From NCBI GenBank assembly GCA_002269645.1, contig NIVC01000045.1, positions 186,001 to 250,000 of the forward strand: 64,000 nucleotides of DNA, in the 5' to 3' direction. Position 1 is the stretch's first letter; the number at the start of each line of letters is the position of its first letter. Source of the stretch: Macrostomum lignano (Eukaryota). Shown here one piece after another: positions 30,801 through 42,900 of this stretch. A model generated the notes under the pieces. The model did not search any database. It was given only the letters and a program-made list of their open reading frames with translations, and was not told where the DNA came from. The position numbers and the translations under genes are program-made.

Positions 30801-32859
30801 CAGTACGAGCTGGCTCAGCCAGAATAAAATCAAAATGTATCAGAGTTACGCCCCGTCTATGTGAGTTTTTCTGTTGCACATTTTAAAACTACGCGTATAT
30901 ATTTTGCATGAAACAGAACCCACTGCTTTCTATAACAAAAGCTGTTGATCAGAGAACGTTAATTGAATTTGTATAACAATTTGGTTCCTTGTTAGCGTCT
31001 AATAGGGTATCTATGAGGATTGATCGTCGAAATATTGGACTGAGATTCAACTGTAAATAACTGTTTTAGAAGAAGCAATTCATACACTAATAGAGCGGCA
31101 TATGAGCTCATAATCGGCAGCTAACCATGCATTACCTTTCATATCCTTGGGACTGGAAATACTGGTGAAACTGATAGAAGCTGTTGTTGTCTTCTTTAAG
31201 GCAGAAAAAGCTACATTGCAGGTCATCTACCAAGATAGACTTTGTAACCTAAGTCTGCCACGTCTTAGACCGTCTGTGCTGATTGAGGAGGACGGACGTC
31301 TCATGATGAAAGAGAGAGAATGCTTGCAGAAAACTTGTGAATGAATATTCCAGACCGCCATTGAGGATATCCTAGTTCATGATCTGCAACGAGTAATAAG
31401 CTTGTCTGCTCGGTGGGTCCCAACACCAGGGCAGAGCACGACCGCATGTGCCGGTGAGGAACAAAAAGCATCTGGTCAGGACCGAGTGGTAATCCAGCCT
31501 TATTTGACACCGATTGCAGGCTTGTGAAGACTGTTTAATGCTTGCAAGAGGTCTAATGAGAGAGCTGGAGACGGTTTTGAAAAGTATCTGCGGTTTTCTA
31601 AACTTTCGTTGCTCTGTTGTAAGAAATAGCATCAACCATGCGTTTTACCGGACAACTCTTGTGTTATCAATGTATAGTATAGTTTAAAGGGTAACGTCAA
31701 TTTTCTTTTATGCTGCTGTTAGTAGTTTAGGTTTCGGAAATATCAGAAGATGGATTAGTTAAGGCTTTGCAGGATTTCCTATAACCACAAGTAAAGAGCA
31801 GTTGGGCTCCCAGGGTTACATCTCGAAGACCTCTGCCAGTCTTATTACCAGCAAGGGCATATTTCGAATATTCGAGATTTAAATCGGCTACAGAGTATCT
31901 TTATTGTGCGTAAAGAGAAACGAGTGCACTCTTCTGTATAGACCGACTCATCACTGACATCACGCAAACGCTTACCGCTCTTCGGGCAAAGACGTGCTGC
32001 GAGACTGAGCTGCAGGAACAAGCGAATTCTTGAATCGCTGCAGCCTCTCGTTGGTCTTCTCGTGCCGGATTCCGAGCTCCCTGGCGTGAGTCGCATGCTT
32101 GAGAAGCAGCTGCAAGACCTCACAATGCCCAAAGTGGCAGGCGATGGCAGCGGGGCTGAGCCTGTCCTTGTTGAGGTCGCCGAGCCCGCAGCCGAGCTGC
32201 AGCAGAGTCTGGGCAGCGGCCTCGTGCCCCATCGCTGCCGCAGCGTGCAGCGGAGTCGACCCGTCGCTGGCCAGCGAGTCGGCGGCGACTCCCGCCCGGA
32301 CGAGCAGCTCAATGGCGACCCGCTGGCCGTGGAGAGCCGCGGAGTGCAGCGGGGTCTGGCCGCGCGCATTCCTGGCGCTCGGATCCGCGGCTGCCAGCAG
32401 CAGAGCAGCGAGCACGAGCTGCTGCCTGAGCTGAGCAGCCAGGTGCACCGGCGAGTCTCCGTCTGCAAGCTGCTGGTCGCAGTCGGCTTGCCGGCTCAGC
32501 AGCTGCACGACTTCGAGGTGGCCGTTCCGCGAGGCGAGGTGCAGCGCCGAGGAGCTGGACTTCGTCACCAGGCTGGTGTCGGCCTAGGACTCGAGCAGCA
32601 GCCGGACCGCATCCCGGTGACCATGCATCGAGGCCAGGTGCAGAGCGGTCGCCCCGCTGCTGTCCTGAGCGTCCAGCTGAGCTCCGGCCTCGATGAGAAG
32701 CCTCGCCACCCTGGACTGGCCTCGCTCGGCTGCCCAGTGCAGCGCCGTCCGCTGCCGGTCGTCAGCGACGTCCGGACTGACGCTGCTCCGTAGAAACTGC
32801 CGCACCTTGCCGACTCTGCCGTCCATGGCGGCGCTCTTCAGCTCCGGGAGCAGGTTCAT
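27875..32859 (-). pseudogene. Ankyrin repeat-cGAS/Mab-21-like nucleotidyltransferase fusion gene (paralog M), disrupted in this sequence
   Basis: Exons 32859-31976 (canonical ANK repeats), 30330-29888 (GSYSEG...DSDID), 29748-28314 (VDLV, TYIAKSL, CMKHFF), probable last exon 27888-27875. Phases 2/1/1 agree. In-frame TAG at 32586-32584 and one extra base in the G7 run at 29548-29554. Confidence 0.75.
27943..28303 (-). mobile_element. tRNA-derived SINE (family 2)
   Basis: Head GGGGGCCGTAGCCCAGCGGTAGCGC...GGCTCGATTCC, ends AATAAAAAAA; unrelated to family 1; in the last intron of paralog M. Confidence 0.65.
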
Positions 32860-33707
32860 TTCGCTGGCAATGCCGAGCCTTACCGACCTTGGGCTGAGAG
32901 TTATTCGTCTTTCGGTTTAAGAAAGCTATATAGATAGAAAGTTCACCAGATCAAAAATTTGATTTTAAACTTTTGAATATAAACGGATTTGAGGTGGCAC
33001 AAGTGGCTGGCCTGATTAAAAATTGATAAGAAGATTGCGGCGCAAGGTGCCAGCTAGCACCTCGTGAGTTACAAGATTCTTGTGGAAACAACATTTACCG
33101 ATGAATCTTGTAGATGTTTTAAACAATGCAAGTTAGCGAAGCAGATGAAATTCAGCGCTTGTCATTTCCGGTGTCATTTCAGTATGCAGCATGTAGTGCC
33201 TGTGCATGTATACAACGGCCCTCAATTATCTCATCATCGAAATTAGTGATGTAAACACCGTGTGCGATGGGCCTCTTGGATGAAATATGATTGTAGGAAA
33301 AATTATCGCTACAAAGCATAGTGTACATAGCAAATTTTACATAGCTAAGAGTACATAGCAGATTGTACATGACAGATCGTGTTCTTCATTGCCTTCGCTT
33401 GTCCATTTTAACCTTCGTCCGTCCCTCAACCCATGTTTGCTCGAGTGTACAGTATCTAATTGAACCGTTATGAAGTTTTTAATAAAGTTGCTTTCTTCTG
33501 AAATACTCAAACAATCAAAAGTATTCTTGTTATAAAACCGCTCTAATCTCACAATTTAAAAAAATACTTGGTTGCAAACTCTGTGTTTCAACAGGAGCAA
33601 CCCTTTCTTTTCCTAACACATGCATATCCTTGATGTACTACTCAGAAAAAAGCTACGAACTAAGTAGTATGCCGTGTATGTAGTGAAGAGTTCGCTTTAG
33701 CACACTA

Positions 33708-33741
33708 GAGAGAGGGAGTGAAAGGAGAGAGAGAAAGAGGA

Positions 33742-33792
<51 letters not shown>

Positions 33793-33815
33793 GAGAGAGA
33801 GAGAGAGAGAGAGAG
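33708..33815. repeat. (GA)n microsatellite
   Basis: Direct reading. Confidence 0.9.
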
Positions 33816-35784
33816 TTTGTTCTAGTGTCTAAACGCTCGAACTCCCACTTCCAGACCCTAAGCCTGGGAACAAAAATGTAGTGCACTTACTGTTGCGGCT
33901 CCTCTTCTTCGTCGGGCAGGTTCTCCGAGCTCGTTCCTTGTTTCTTCTTCTTTGTTGCGCGCGTGTCTAAAACTTGCTTCTTCCAATCTTCTTCTCCGGA
34001 GGAATCTTCTTGAAGTCTAGAATCGGCCGAAAGTGAGAGCGTAACAATAAAATCGACGTCGCAGTATTTCCTCGAGTGCGGAAATCAATATCAACGATGC
34101 GCCCTAATAACAAAATCAACTTCTATAATAACGCGAGGTCCTCCAAAAGGGCGTCTTCTTTTAAAACTAACGGAATCGGAGTAGTGTACTCCTATCGGTT
34201 AATCTAGGATAACCAAAATCAATCAATCGATAATCCTCTAAGGGTTTCGGAATCAGTCCGCAGATCCTATCCAATCCCTTAGGAAAATGGGAGGCCTCAA
34301 ACTCAATAGACTCAATAAAATCAACTGAACAGTAACGGCCGGCAATAAAATCGCTCTCAATAATCAAAAATAACGAAGTCTCAAACAAAGCTTACCAATT
34401 GGTGTTTATATCTTCCTCAGAGATATAGCCTCGTTTGGCTGCTCTTGCAAAGCCCAAGATCATTGGAGGCTGCTCCGAGTCTGAGATTTCAGCTCGGATT
34501 TTGCGTTTGTATTTATACACAATTTTTCGGCCTTGAGTCGACCTTGAGCTCAAAACCGGTTTTTTGATGAGTTCACGAAAGGAATTTTATTATTTGACAG
34601 TTGGGGTTTTTTAATAGAAAGGGGTGAGACTTGGGTCACATTCAGGTTAACATTTACCATATTTGGAAGTTCTAAAAATAGATGTGGAGAACCTTTTTTT
34701 CGAACAATAGCACAGCCACTCGCTGTTTGCGTGATATGACTGGTATTACTAAAAATAGAGTATGACACATAGCTATTTTTTAATTTGTATTCATAACTTT
34801 ATGAAGTAGGCTACTTTAGTAGGCTACTGTGTTTGGAGATCTCTGCAGTAGTAGTCACAGCTCTAATAAAGTCTGGTCCAAATGGCTTTCTTTACCCCTG
34901 CTTATATATTTATAACCCACGTCACTTTTAAGATCTGTTTAAAGCATTATATATTATTGATTATTTATGCGAATGAAACTATACTGTAAAACTGCAATGG
35001 TTGTAAGCTACTGTAGAACTGTAGGAGAGCTGTCATCATATAATTATATGAAGACTATAAAATATACAAATCTATAATAACTATATTGTAACAGCTAAAA
35101 CCCTAGAGCTACTCCAGCAGAAAGAAGATATTTGAGGTTGAGGTTGCCCGACCTGCTGTCGACACTCCAGCTCCCTACTATCTCTCTGTTCCTTGACTGA
35201 GCCAAAGAAGCCAGCTCTGTCAGTACCAGTGAGGCTTGCTTGGAGAGCTAGCTATGAGCTACATGTAGAAGCGCAGTGCTCATGCACAGTTGAAGTTTGG
35301 TTCCTAATTGTGGCTGTCAACTCTAAAAATAACCATAAGCCATTTTTACTGGACAACTGTTTTTGCTACTGCGTCGGAACGGAGCAATGCACGCACACGA
35401 AACTCCAGGACTCAAGCTACCCTTTTGTTGCGCACCTTCTTAAACAATCAAGTCGATAGCCTTCTGGACCATCGAGGGATTTGAAGATTCTTCAGATTTT
35501 CTTCGGAGGTCGGATTTTTCCCATAAGCGCCAGTGTATTGAATACACCCCTGTGCGGCAATCAGCACTGAGCCTCAGTGCAGCCTTTCCAAGCCTTCAAA
35601 TTTCATCAGGACATCGACCAAAATTAAATATGTCTGCATCAGCTCTGACTTCTTTGGTCAATAGAATTGATTTCAGGTGTCACACAAATCGATGAAAAGA
35701 GTCTAAAAAAACCAGGCTAGCGGAAAGAGGCTGGGCGTCGAGTGAGGGCTGCCAGTGCGAGGATGATTCACTAAAAGGCCCCAA

Positions 35785-36050
35785 TTGAGCCAGATGTGCA
35801 ACCGACAGCTCAGCCGCAGCTATTGTGTGGCGCATCTGAAGGCTGCGTACGGCTGTTCAGTCCAAGGACTGGGGGTCGCCACACAGCCTCAATTATCCCA
35901 GTTAATGCTGGCTCCCATTTTACAGCTGGGTGAACTGAAGCAATGCAGAGTTAAGTGTCTTGCTCTCAAGGACACAAGTGTTTGAGTTGACCGAGAAACG
36001 AACCCCCGACCTTCAAGTCGTGATTCCGACGCTCTGACCACTATAGGCTA
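35785..36050 (-). mobile_element. CORE-type SINE (family 1)
   Basis: Plus strand cccattttacagctgggtgaactgaagcaatgcagagttaagtgtcttgctctcaaggacacaa resembles the reverse MIR core; A/B-box head at ~35995-36050. Confidence 0.8.
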
Positions 36051-36105
36051 CAACCTACAACCCCAATATTTACCAAGAACAGAAAAAGCACAGACTTGCT
36101 TCATT

Positions 36106-36246
36106 TGCCTCTGACAGCGCCGCCTGCTGTCACAGAGATCAGGGAAGGAAGTGATCACAATCAAGAGATTTACTGCAAGTTCGCAGACGTGTACAGTGTG
36201 GTTCTCCAGTGTGTGAGCGAGCTGCAGTCGGAATCGAGCGACAGAG
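36106..36246 (+). pseudogene. 141-bp relic of another cGLR copy
   Basis: LPLTAPPAVTEIREGS...FADVYSVVLQCVSELQSESSDR aligns at DNA level with 43700-43838 and ~58686-58808; flanked by a SINE and a 44-bp array. Confidence 0.85.
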
Positions 36247-36259
36247 TCTTCACGCACCG

Positions 36260-36702
36260 AGTCTTCACCATCACTGACAGCCTCAGCACCGAGTCTTCAC
36301 CATCACTGACAGCCTCAGCACCGAGTCTTCACCATCACTGACGCCCTGACTGGCAGCCTCAGCACCGTGTCTTCACCATCACTGACGCCCTGACTGGCAG
36401 CCTCAGCACCGTGTCTTCACCATCACTGACGCCCTGACTAGCAGCCTCAGCACCGTGTCTTCACCATCACTGACGCCCTGAGTGGCAGCCTCAGCACCGT
36501 GTCTTCACCATCACTGACGCCCTGACTGGCAGCCTCAGCACCGTGTCTTCACCATCACTGACGCCCTGACTGGCAGCCTCAGCACCGTGTCTTCACCATC
36601 ACTGACGCCCTGACTGGCAGCCTCAGCACCGTGTCTTCACCATCACTGACGCCCTGACTGGCAGCCTCAGCACCGTGTCTTCACCATCACTGACGCCCTG
36701 AC
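36260..36702. repeat. 44-bp minisatellite (cagcctcagcaccgtgtcttcaccatcactgacgccctgactgg)
   Basis: About 10 units. Confidence 0.95.
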
Positions 36703-38037
36703 TTGGCAATCGTCAGCCAGTCAGAAGGTATTTAAACAACATGAGCCAGGCTGCAGTGAAGGGGCAGCAGGAAAAGGGCTCCATGGCTGCAGAGGCTGCT
36801 TGGCTGCTGAGGCCGGAGTTCTGAGAGCTGAGCTCAGTGCTGCATTTGAGCGCCGGTCCTCAGCGGCTGTCCTGGCAGGGTCGCCAGAAGGGCAGGTCAA
36901 AATTTCAGTGGGGCCGCAGCAGCCCCTCAGCTCAGCCCACTGGGTTCGCCCCTGCTGCAAAATGGCCGAGTGCCGCACTGCTCAAACTCAAACTGCAGCA
37001 GGAGCGGAAAATGGTGAAACAAGCAGAGAGCGAATTCTCGGAGTGCGGCAGATGGGCGAGCGGTCAGCCCTGGCTACACGGGAGGCTTGGAAGCGGCCAG
37101 AACAAAAAATGTTCTCCATCACAAATTTTCAAGGTCGAGTTGTAAATAAACATAAAAAATATTTTCTTTAAAATTTCCCGTACCATAAACGCTGAACTCC
37201 AATGAAACTCGTGTCAGTTTTGTAGAATTCAGTCAGCTTTAAGGCGAGACCAAGATTGCTAAAGTTGGCTTTACTGTTCGGAATTTATCGAGAATTTCGA
37301 GTAGACAGTCACGTGCCTCTGCCAATCTTGACAAGCTGGTCTTTGGAAACACACTGACTAGCTGGCTGGGCCTCCTGAACCCACGTCTCCTGTGCCAAGG
37401 ATTTCTCTATACCTAGAACTGGATGAGAAACCTCTTTGTGGCGGCGTACCAACTTAGGCCCACCAACGAGCGTTATTCTAGCCCAGTATTCCCACAAAAC
37501 TTAGTTTTACACTAATTTTAAATCTGACTATTTCTGACTATACATTAAATTTTTTTTTCAATGCATACGTTTTTTATCTTGAATAATAAGTTTAGAAAGT
37601 GAAGTTAATAACAGTTAATTTGGAATAAAGTTGAAATGAAAAATAATAAGTTCAAAACAACAAAGCCCTATGATTTCTGTTATTGCTGTTGTTAAAAATA
37701 CAACGGCAAACAGAAAACGAACAACGCGACGGGTGAAGAAATAACGAGAAAAGTGTCGATTAAGGTGAATGAATGGTTATATTTCCCATTTATATACCTG
37801 TGCTAAGGCAATAAATGCTTGAGTGACAAGTTTATTGACCGAGGCGGGAAAGGAAGCTCAAGCAAGGCAGCTGAGCCTTCTGTGTTTTTTTAGCATCAGA
37901 GATTCAGAAACAACAAGCATGCTGATGTAGTCTTTCAAATGTTACCGACAACAGCAGCAACAGATTCACTTTCGTCACAGTACGTCCAAAATCGTCAATC
38001 TACTGATCGTGAATGTGCTATGGGGGGGGGGCTCGGC

Positions 38038-38448
38038 AGTGAGCTGTGAAGGTTAGGGAGAGAGCTGTGCGGGATGGGGAGTGAGCTGTGGGGGTTAGGG
38101 AGAGAACTGTGCGGGATGGGGAGTGAGCTGTGGGGGTTAGGGAGAGAACTGTGCGGGATGGGGAGTGAGCTGTGGAGGTTAGGGAGAGAACTGTGCGGGA
38201 TGGGGAGTGAGCTGTGGGGGTTAGGGAGAGAACTGTGCGGGATGGGGAGTGAGCTGTGGGGGTTAGGGAGAGAACAGTGCGGGATGGGGAGTGAGCTGTG
38301 GGGGTTAGGGAGAGAACAGTGCGGGATGGGGAGTGAGCTGTGGGGGTTAGGGAGAGAACTGTGCGGGATGGGGAGTGAGCTGTGGGGGTTAGGGAGAGAA
38401 CTGTGTGGGATGGGGAGTGAGCTGTGGGGGTTAGGGAGAGAACTGTGG
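38038..38448. repeat. 42-bp minisatellite, ~10 units (unit A)
   Basis: The paralogous array at 50768-50884 has ~3 units. Confidence 0.95.
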
Positions 38449-38873
38449 TGCGTTCCCCAGCCCTTTTTTGTTGTGTGTTTTGTCCTGAAAATTTCCTGAC
38501 AAAAGCCTTAAAGGTCAATGCGATTTTAATCAAAAGAAGATGAATTCCGATCTCCCTCTCTTTTGGTTGAAAAACTCAAATCCATGGCTATAGTTTTTTT
38601 AATGAAAACGAATTAAAATACGGCTATTTCATTTTTCTTTTCTACTGAATATCAGACGCTATTTTCATCGGCTATATTTTGTTTTGCAATCAATGGTACT
38701 CATAAATAACTAAATACTTTTTAAATTATAGTACCTGCAGTCATGACTGACGCCCTCTGAAACACCTGTACACATGAAAGAAGCGATGTGCATGCAACTT
38801 CCGTGTCCAAATCGCATGTGACTCATGATTGGTTAGCGATATCTCAGAGCGATGCTTTCCTGCCTTGCCTTAA

Positions 38874-39092
38874 TTGGGCCAGATGAGCAACCGACAGCTC
38901 AGCCGCAGCTCTTCTTGCGCAGCGCATCTGAAGGCTGCGTACGGCTGTTCAATCCAAGGACTGGGGGGTCGCCACACACCCTCAAATATCCCAGTTAATG
39001 CTGGTATCTATTTTACAGTGGGTGAACTGGAGCAATGGAGAGATAACTGTCTAATTGATCAGGGAGACACATTTTGTTTCAGTGGGATCATG
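38874..39092 (-). mobile_element. CORE-type SINE (family 1), head lost
   Basis: Same body as 51310-51596, truncated where units A and B diverge. Confidence 0.75.
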
Positions 39093-39945
39093 CGGAAATG
39101 CACTAGAAGGAGTGGCGGGTCGGCAGTGAGGGTGAGACAGAGAGAGAGGGGCAGAGAGCCGAGCTGCTTGCCAACCAACTGGCTGAAGCTGCGGCAGTTG
39201 AGATGCCGTGCAGCGGCAGAGTGGGAGAGAAAAACTCACCAAGGCTGGTTAACTCCCCTCTTTCTCCCCTTACCCCTTTCTCATCCCCCGTTTCTCCCTC
39301 TCTTCCTTCTCGCTCACACAAACGCGTCGTACATTTAACGCCTACTGAAACCGATGCACTAAGGCACTGAGCAGCGTTGCAAACCTCTCAGAAGGCCAGT
39401 AAATGATCTCAGACTGCACTGAGGCACAATGGGTCAGCTCTGCCTCATCAAGTACAGCTTGGGGTGGCCGCTGCAGCCACAGCTTCTCCGTGGCCATCCT
39501 GGGAGCTGAAGTGCTTGGAGGAGGGGCGGGCTCAGCGCTCATCCTCGGGAGAGAAGTTTCGGTTGCTACGGTGAAAGGGGGTTGTCGGCCTCACCAGAGA
39601 CTCAAAAGGTGGGCAGCTGAGAGATGAGGTTGTAAAATCTTTCTGGCAGCCAGCTGCAAAAACCTTTGAAACACCTGCCACTCTGAAAGCAGCCGTGACT
39701 GACATCTGCCACTCTGACAGCAGCCGTGACTGACATCTGCCACTCTGACAGCAGCCATGGAGCACAAGTGAGATTAATCAAATTTCATGATCTGAAATTC
39801 ATTGCAAACATTAAAGTTGCGAAGCCACCCTCCACTCTTTCAGCCTCCCCTTTCTCCAAATTAATTTAATTCAAAACTCAACTCACCCATCAACAGGAAA
39901 AAATTTACCTTCTAGTGGAAATCACTCACCAGCGCGCTAAGCAGA

Positions 39946-42900
39946 ATGAGCCAACAAATCACTGCTGAGGAGGCTGCCAAAACAGGAAATATCGAGGCAC
40001 TCAGAGGTTATCTGACTTTTCAACAAACAGAAAATGATATATATAACTTCTGCAAAAGCTACTCAGTATTTGCTGCAAGCGAGGGTCAGGTAGAAGCCCT
40101 CGAGTTTCTTGCGCTGAGAGTCGTTGATAAACAAAAACGAGATGACTGCTGCATAGAGGCTGCAAGATTTGCTACAGTTAAAGGTCAGTGGGAAGCCTTC
40201 GAGTTTCTGGTGCACACAGTCGCTGACCAGACAAACAGAGATCAGTGTTGCGTCGATGCTGCCGAATCTGCTGCAAGCAATGGTCATTTAGAAGTCGTCA
40301 AGCTTCTCGACCAGACAATCACTGACCAAACAAAAAGGGATCAGTGCTGCATCGAGGCTGCCAAACACGCTGCGAGACATCGTTACTGGGAAGTCTTCAA
40401 GTTTCTCGTCAAGAAAATCTCTGACCAAACAAAAAGAGATCAGTGCTGCATCGAGGCTGTAGAATCTGCTGCAAGCAATGGTCAGTTAGAAGTCGTCAAG
40501 ATTCTCGACCAGACAATCACTGACCAAACAAAAAGGGATCAGTGCTGCATCGAGGCTGCCAAATCTGCTGCAAGCAATGGTCAGTTAGAAGTCGTCAAGC
40601 TTCTCGACCAGACAATCACTGACCAAACAAAAAGGGATCAGTGCTTCATCGAGGCTGCCAAACACGCTGCGAGACATCGTTACTGGGAAGTCTTCAAGTT
40701 TCTCGTCCAGACGATCTCTGACCAAACAAAAAGAGGTCAGTGCTGCATCGAGGCTGCCAAATCTGCTGCAAGGAGAGGTCAAAGAGAAGTAGTCAGGTTT
40801 CTCGTCGACAAAGTCGCTGACCAAGCAAAAAGAGATCAGTGCTGCATCGAGGCTGCTGAATCCGCTGCAAGAAATGGTCATTTAGAAGTCTTCAAATTCC
40901 TCATCTCGTTTCTCTCATGTCCGGATCAGATAGCGAATCTCCGTTTCCTATACGCAGTCTCGGCTTGCTCTCGTCTTCACAAATATGTCGTTGCCTCCCT
41001 CGGCCTCGAGCCCGACTGGCTCTTCCAATCCAGCACCATCCTCAGCTTCACTGCAGCAATGGCCATCGAAGGCAGGAACTCTGTTCTCACCGACACCCTC
41101 TCTCGAATGCAGCCAGCTCCCATCACACAGCTGCTCCGTCTCTCCATCTCTCAAAGACACGTCGCTCTTGCTGTCACACTGATCAATGATGAGCGAGTCA
41201 GCACACAGCATGTCGATCTGCCAGACAGCACTGGAGCCACTGCTCTCATGCTGGCAGCTGATGCAGGTCATCACGAGCTCATTGAGAAACTCATCGATCT
41301 CGGTGCGTCAGTGCGTGCTGAAGACAGTCAGGTTCGGACTGCTCTGTCACGAGCGTGCGAAGCCGGTCACGTGCGAGCAGCCAAGGCTCTGATGGACAGA
41401 GGAGCAAATGCAAGTCATCGAGACGGTCGGGGTCTGACGTGTGCGCAGGTGGCACAACGATTTGAGCAGTGGCAGGTGCTGAGGCTATTGGTTCCTAGTG
41501 GAGCGGGGTGAGTGACGAAACAGAAGAAACAAAAATTAATACTGTTACAAGCGTAAATAAAAAATCCATCATGCATTGCAGAAGCTCAAAGGCCCGAAAG
41601 ACAGCCGCTCGAAAGTGAGTCTGAGGGTTGAGATCGGATTGGACTGAGTGCTGCAGCAGCTGCACTCTCAGCTCTCCTGCTTGTTCTGTCCATCCAACTC
41701 TGAGCAAATCGCCCACATGCATCTCGGATCATTCCAGGCTCCCAGACGACTCTCAGCAAGACAGGCGCCTGAGCGAGGAGCTGCATCGACTGCTCAGCGA
41801 TGCGGGATTCACCGAGCAGAGAGCAAAGTGTCAGCAGAGACTGGCTGACTGGCTGGAAGGAGTCGCTAGAGACCTCACACAGGATGGCAGGTGGATGACG
41901 GGCAGCTACGCAGAGGGCTGGGCCAACAGTCTGGTGCAAGTGAACGGCAGGACAGCTGCAGACTCGGACATTGACTGGACTGTGCTGGCTGCTGGGCAAG
42001 AGTTCCATCTTGAAGGTGGCTGCTATGGATTGTTTCTTACCTGCAGAGACGCCACTCGGCTGCAGGTCACGGAGGGCCACGCACAGGTGGCAGTGGGAGC
42101 AGGTGAGTGAGGCTGGGTTCATCATCAGAATGCTGAGATCCGCATGCAACTGGAAGCCCATTAACTTTGCTCAATTTCTAAATTCGCAACCGTGTGGCGC
42201 CCAGCCTCCAGCAGCTTCTGTGACTGCGAATGTCCGCTTGGGTGCTGAAACAAGCGGCAGGCGAAATTGAAAAGAAAACTCAGATGCCAACCGGCTGAGC
42301 CGGGCCATTGGGTTTTGAATTCACAGGCTCCGATTGCAGCAGAGTGGGTGCAGCGGTGCTTGGGTGACCCACGGTAGGCGGCATGGCTCTGCTGAGGTGC
42401 AGCCGCTCTCACTTGGAAAATTTCAAACAAAATAAACAGAAGCCGCCCTGACTGCCTGATTGGTGCCTTGCTAGGGGCACTGAGTCCTGATGATGCTAGA
42501 GCATTTGGAAAGAGCTAATTTAAAAAAATATGGGCACTGAGTCCTGATGATGCTTGAGCATTTGGAAAGAGCTAATTGAAAAAAATATGGGCACTGAGTC
42601 CTGATGATGCTAGAGCATTTGGAAAGAGCTAATTGAAAAAAATATGTTCGGCCTCTTCTGGCTGCAAATTTCATTGAAGCTTCAAAAGCAGTCGAGAAAA
42701 AATATTTTAGTTTTAAGTGATATTGGAATTCAAACTGAAATTTAAATTGGAAAGAAAACTTTGATGCCAACTGGAATCATTGGGCCGGGCCATTGGGTTT
42801 TGAATCTTGAGGATGCTTGAGCAGATGTGCTGAGCTGCTACCTGATGAAGCCAGAACAGCTGAAGCTGAAGCTAGACGAACGCAGTGGGTGCAGAGGCTC

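Noticed and set aside
26329-31640. Short degenerate ORFs at 26329-26700 and 31147-31640
   Set aside because: No recognisable motif or splice support; possibly old TE debris but unsupported.
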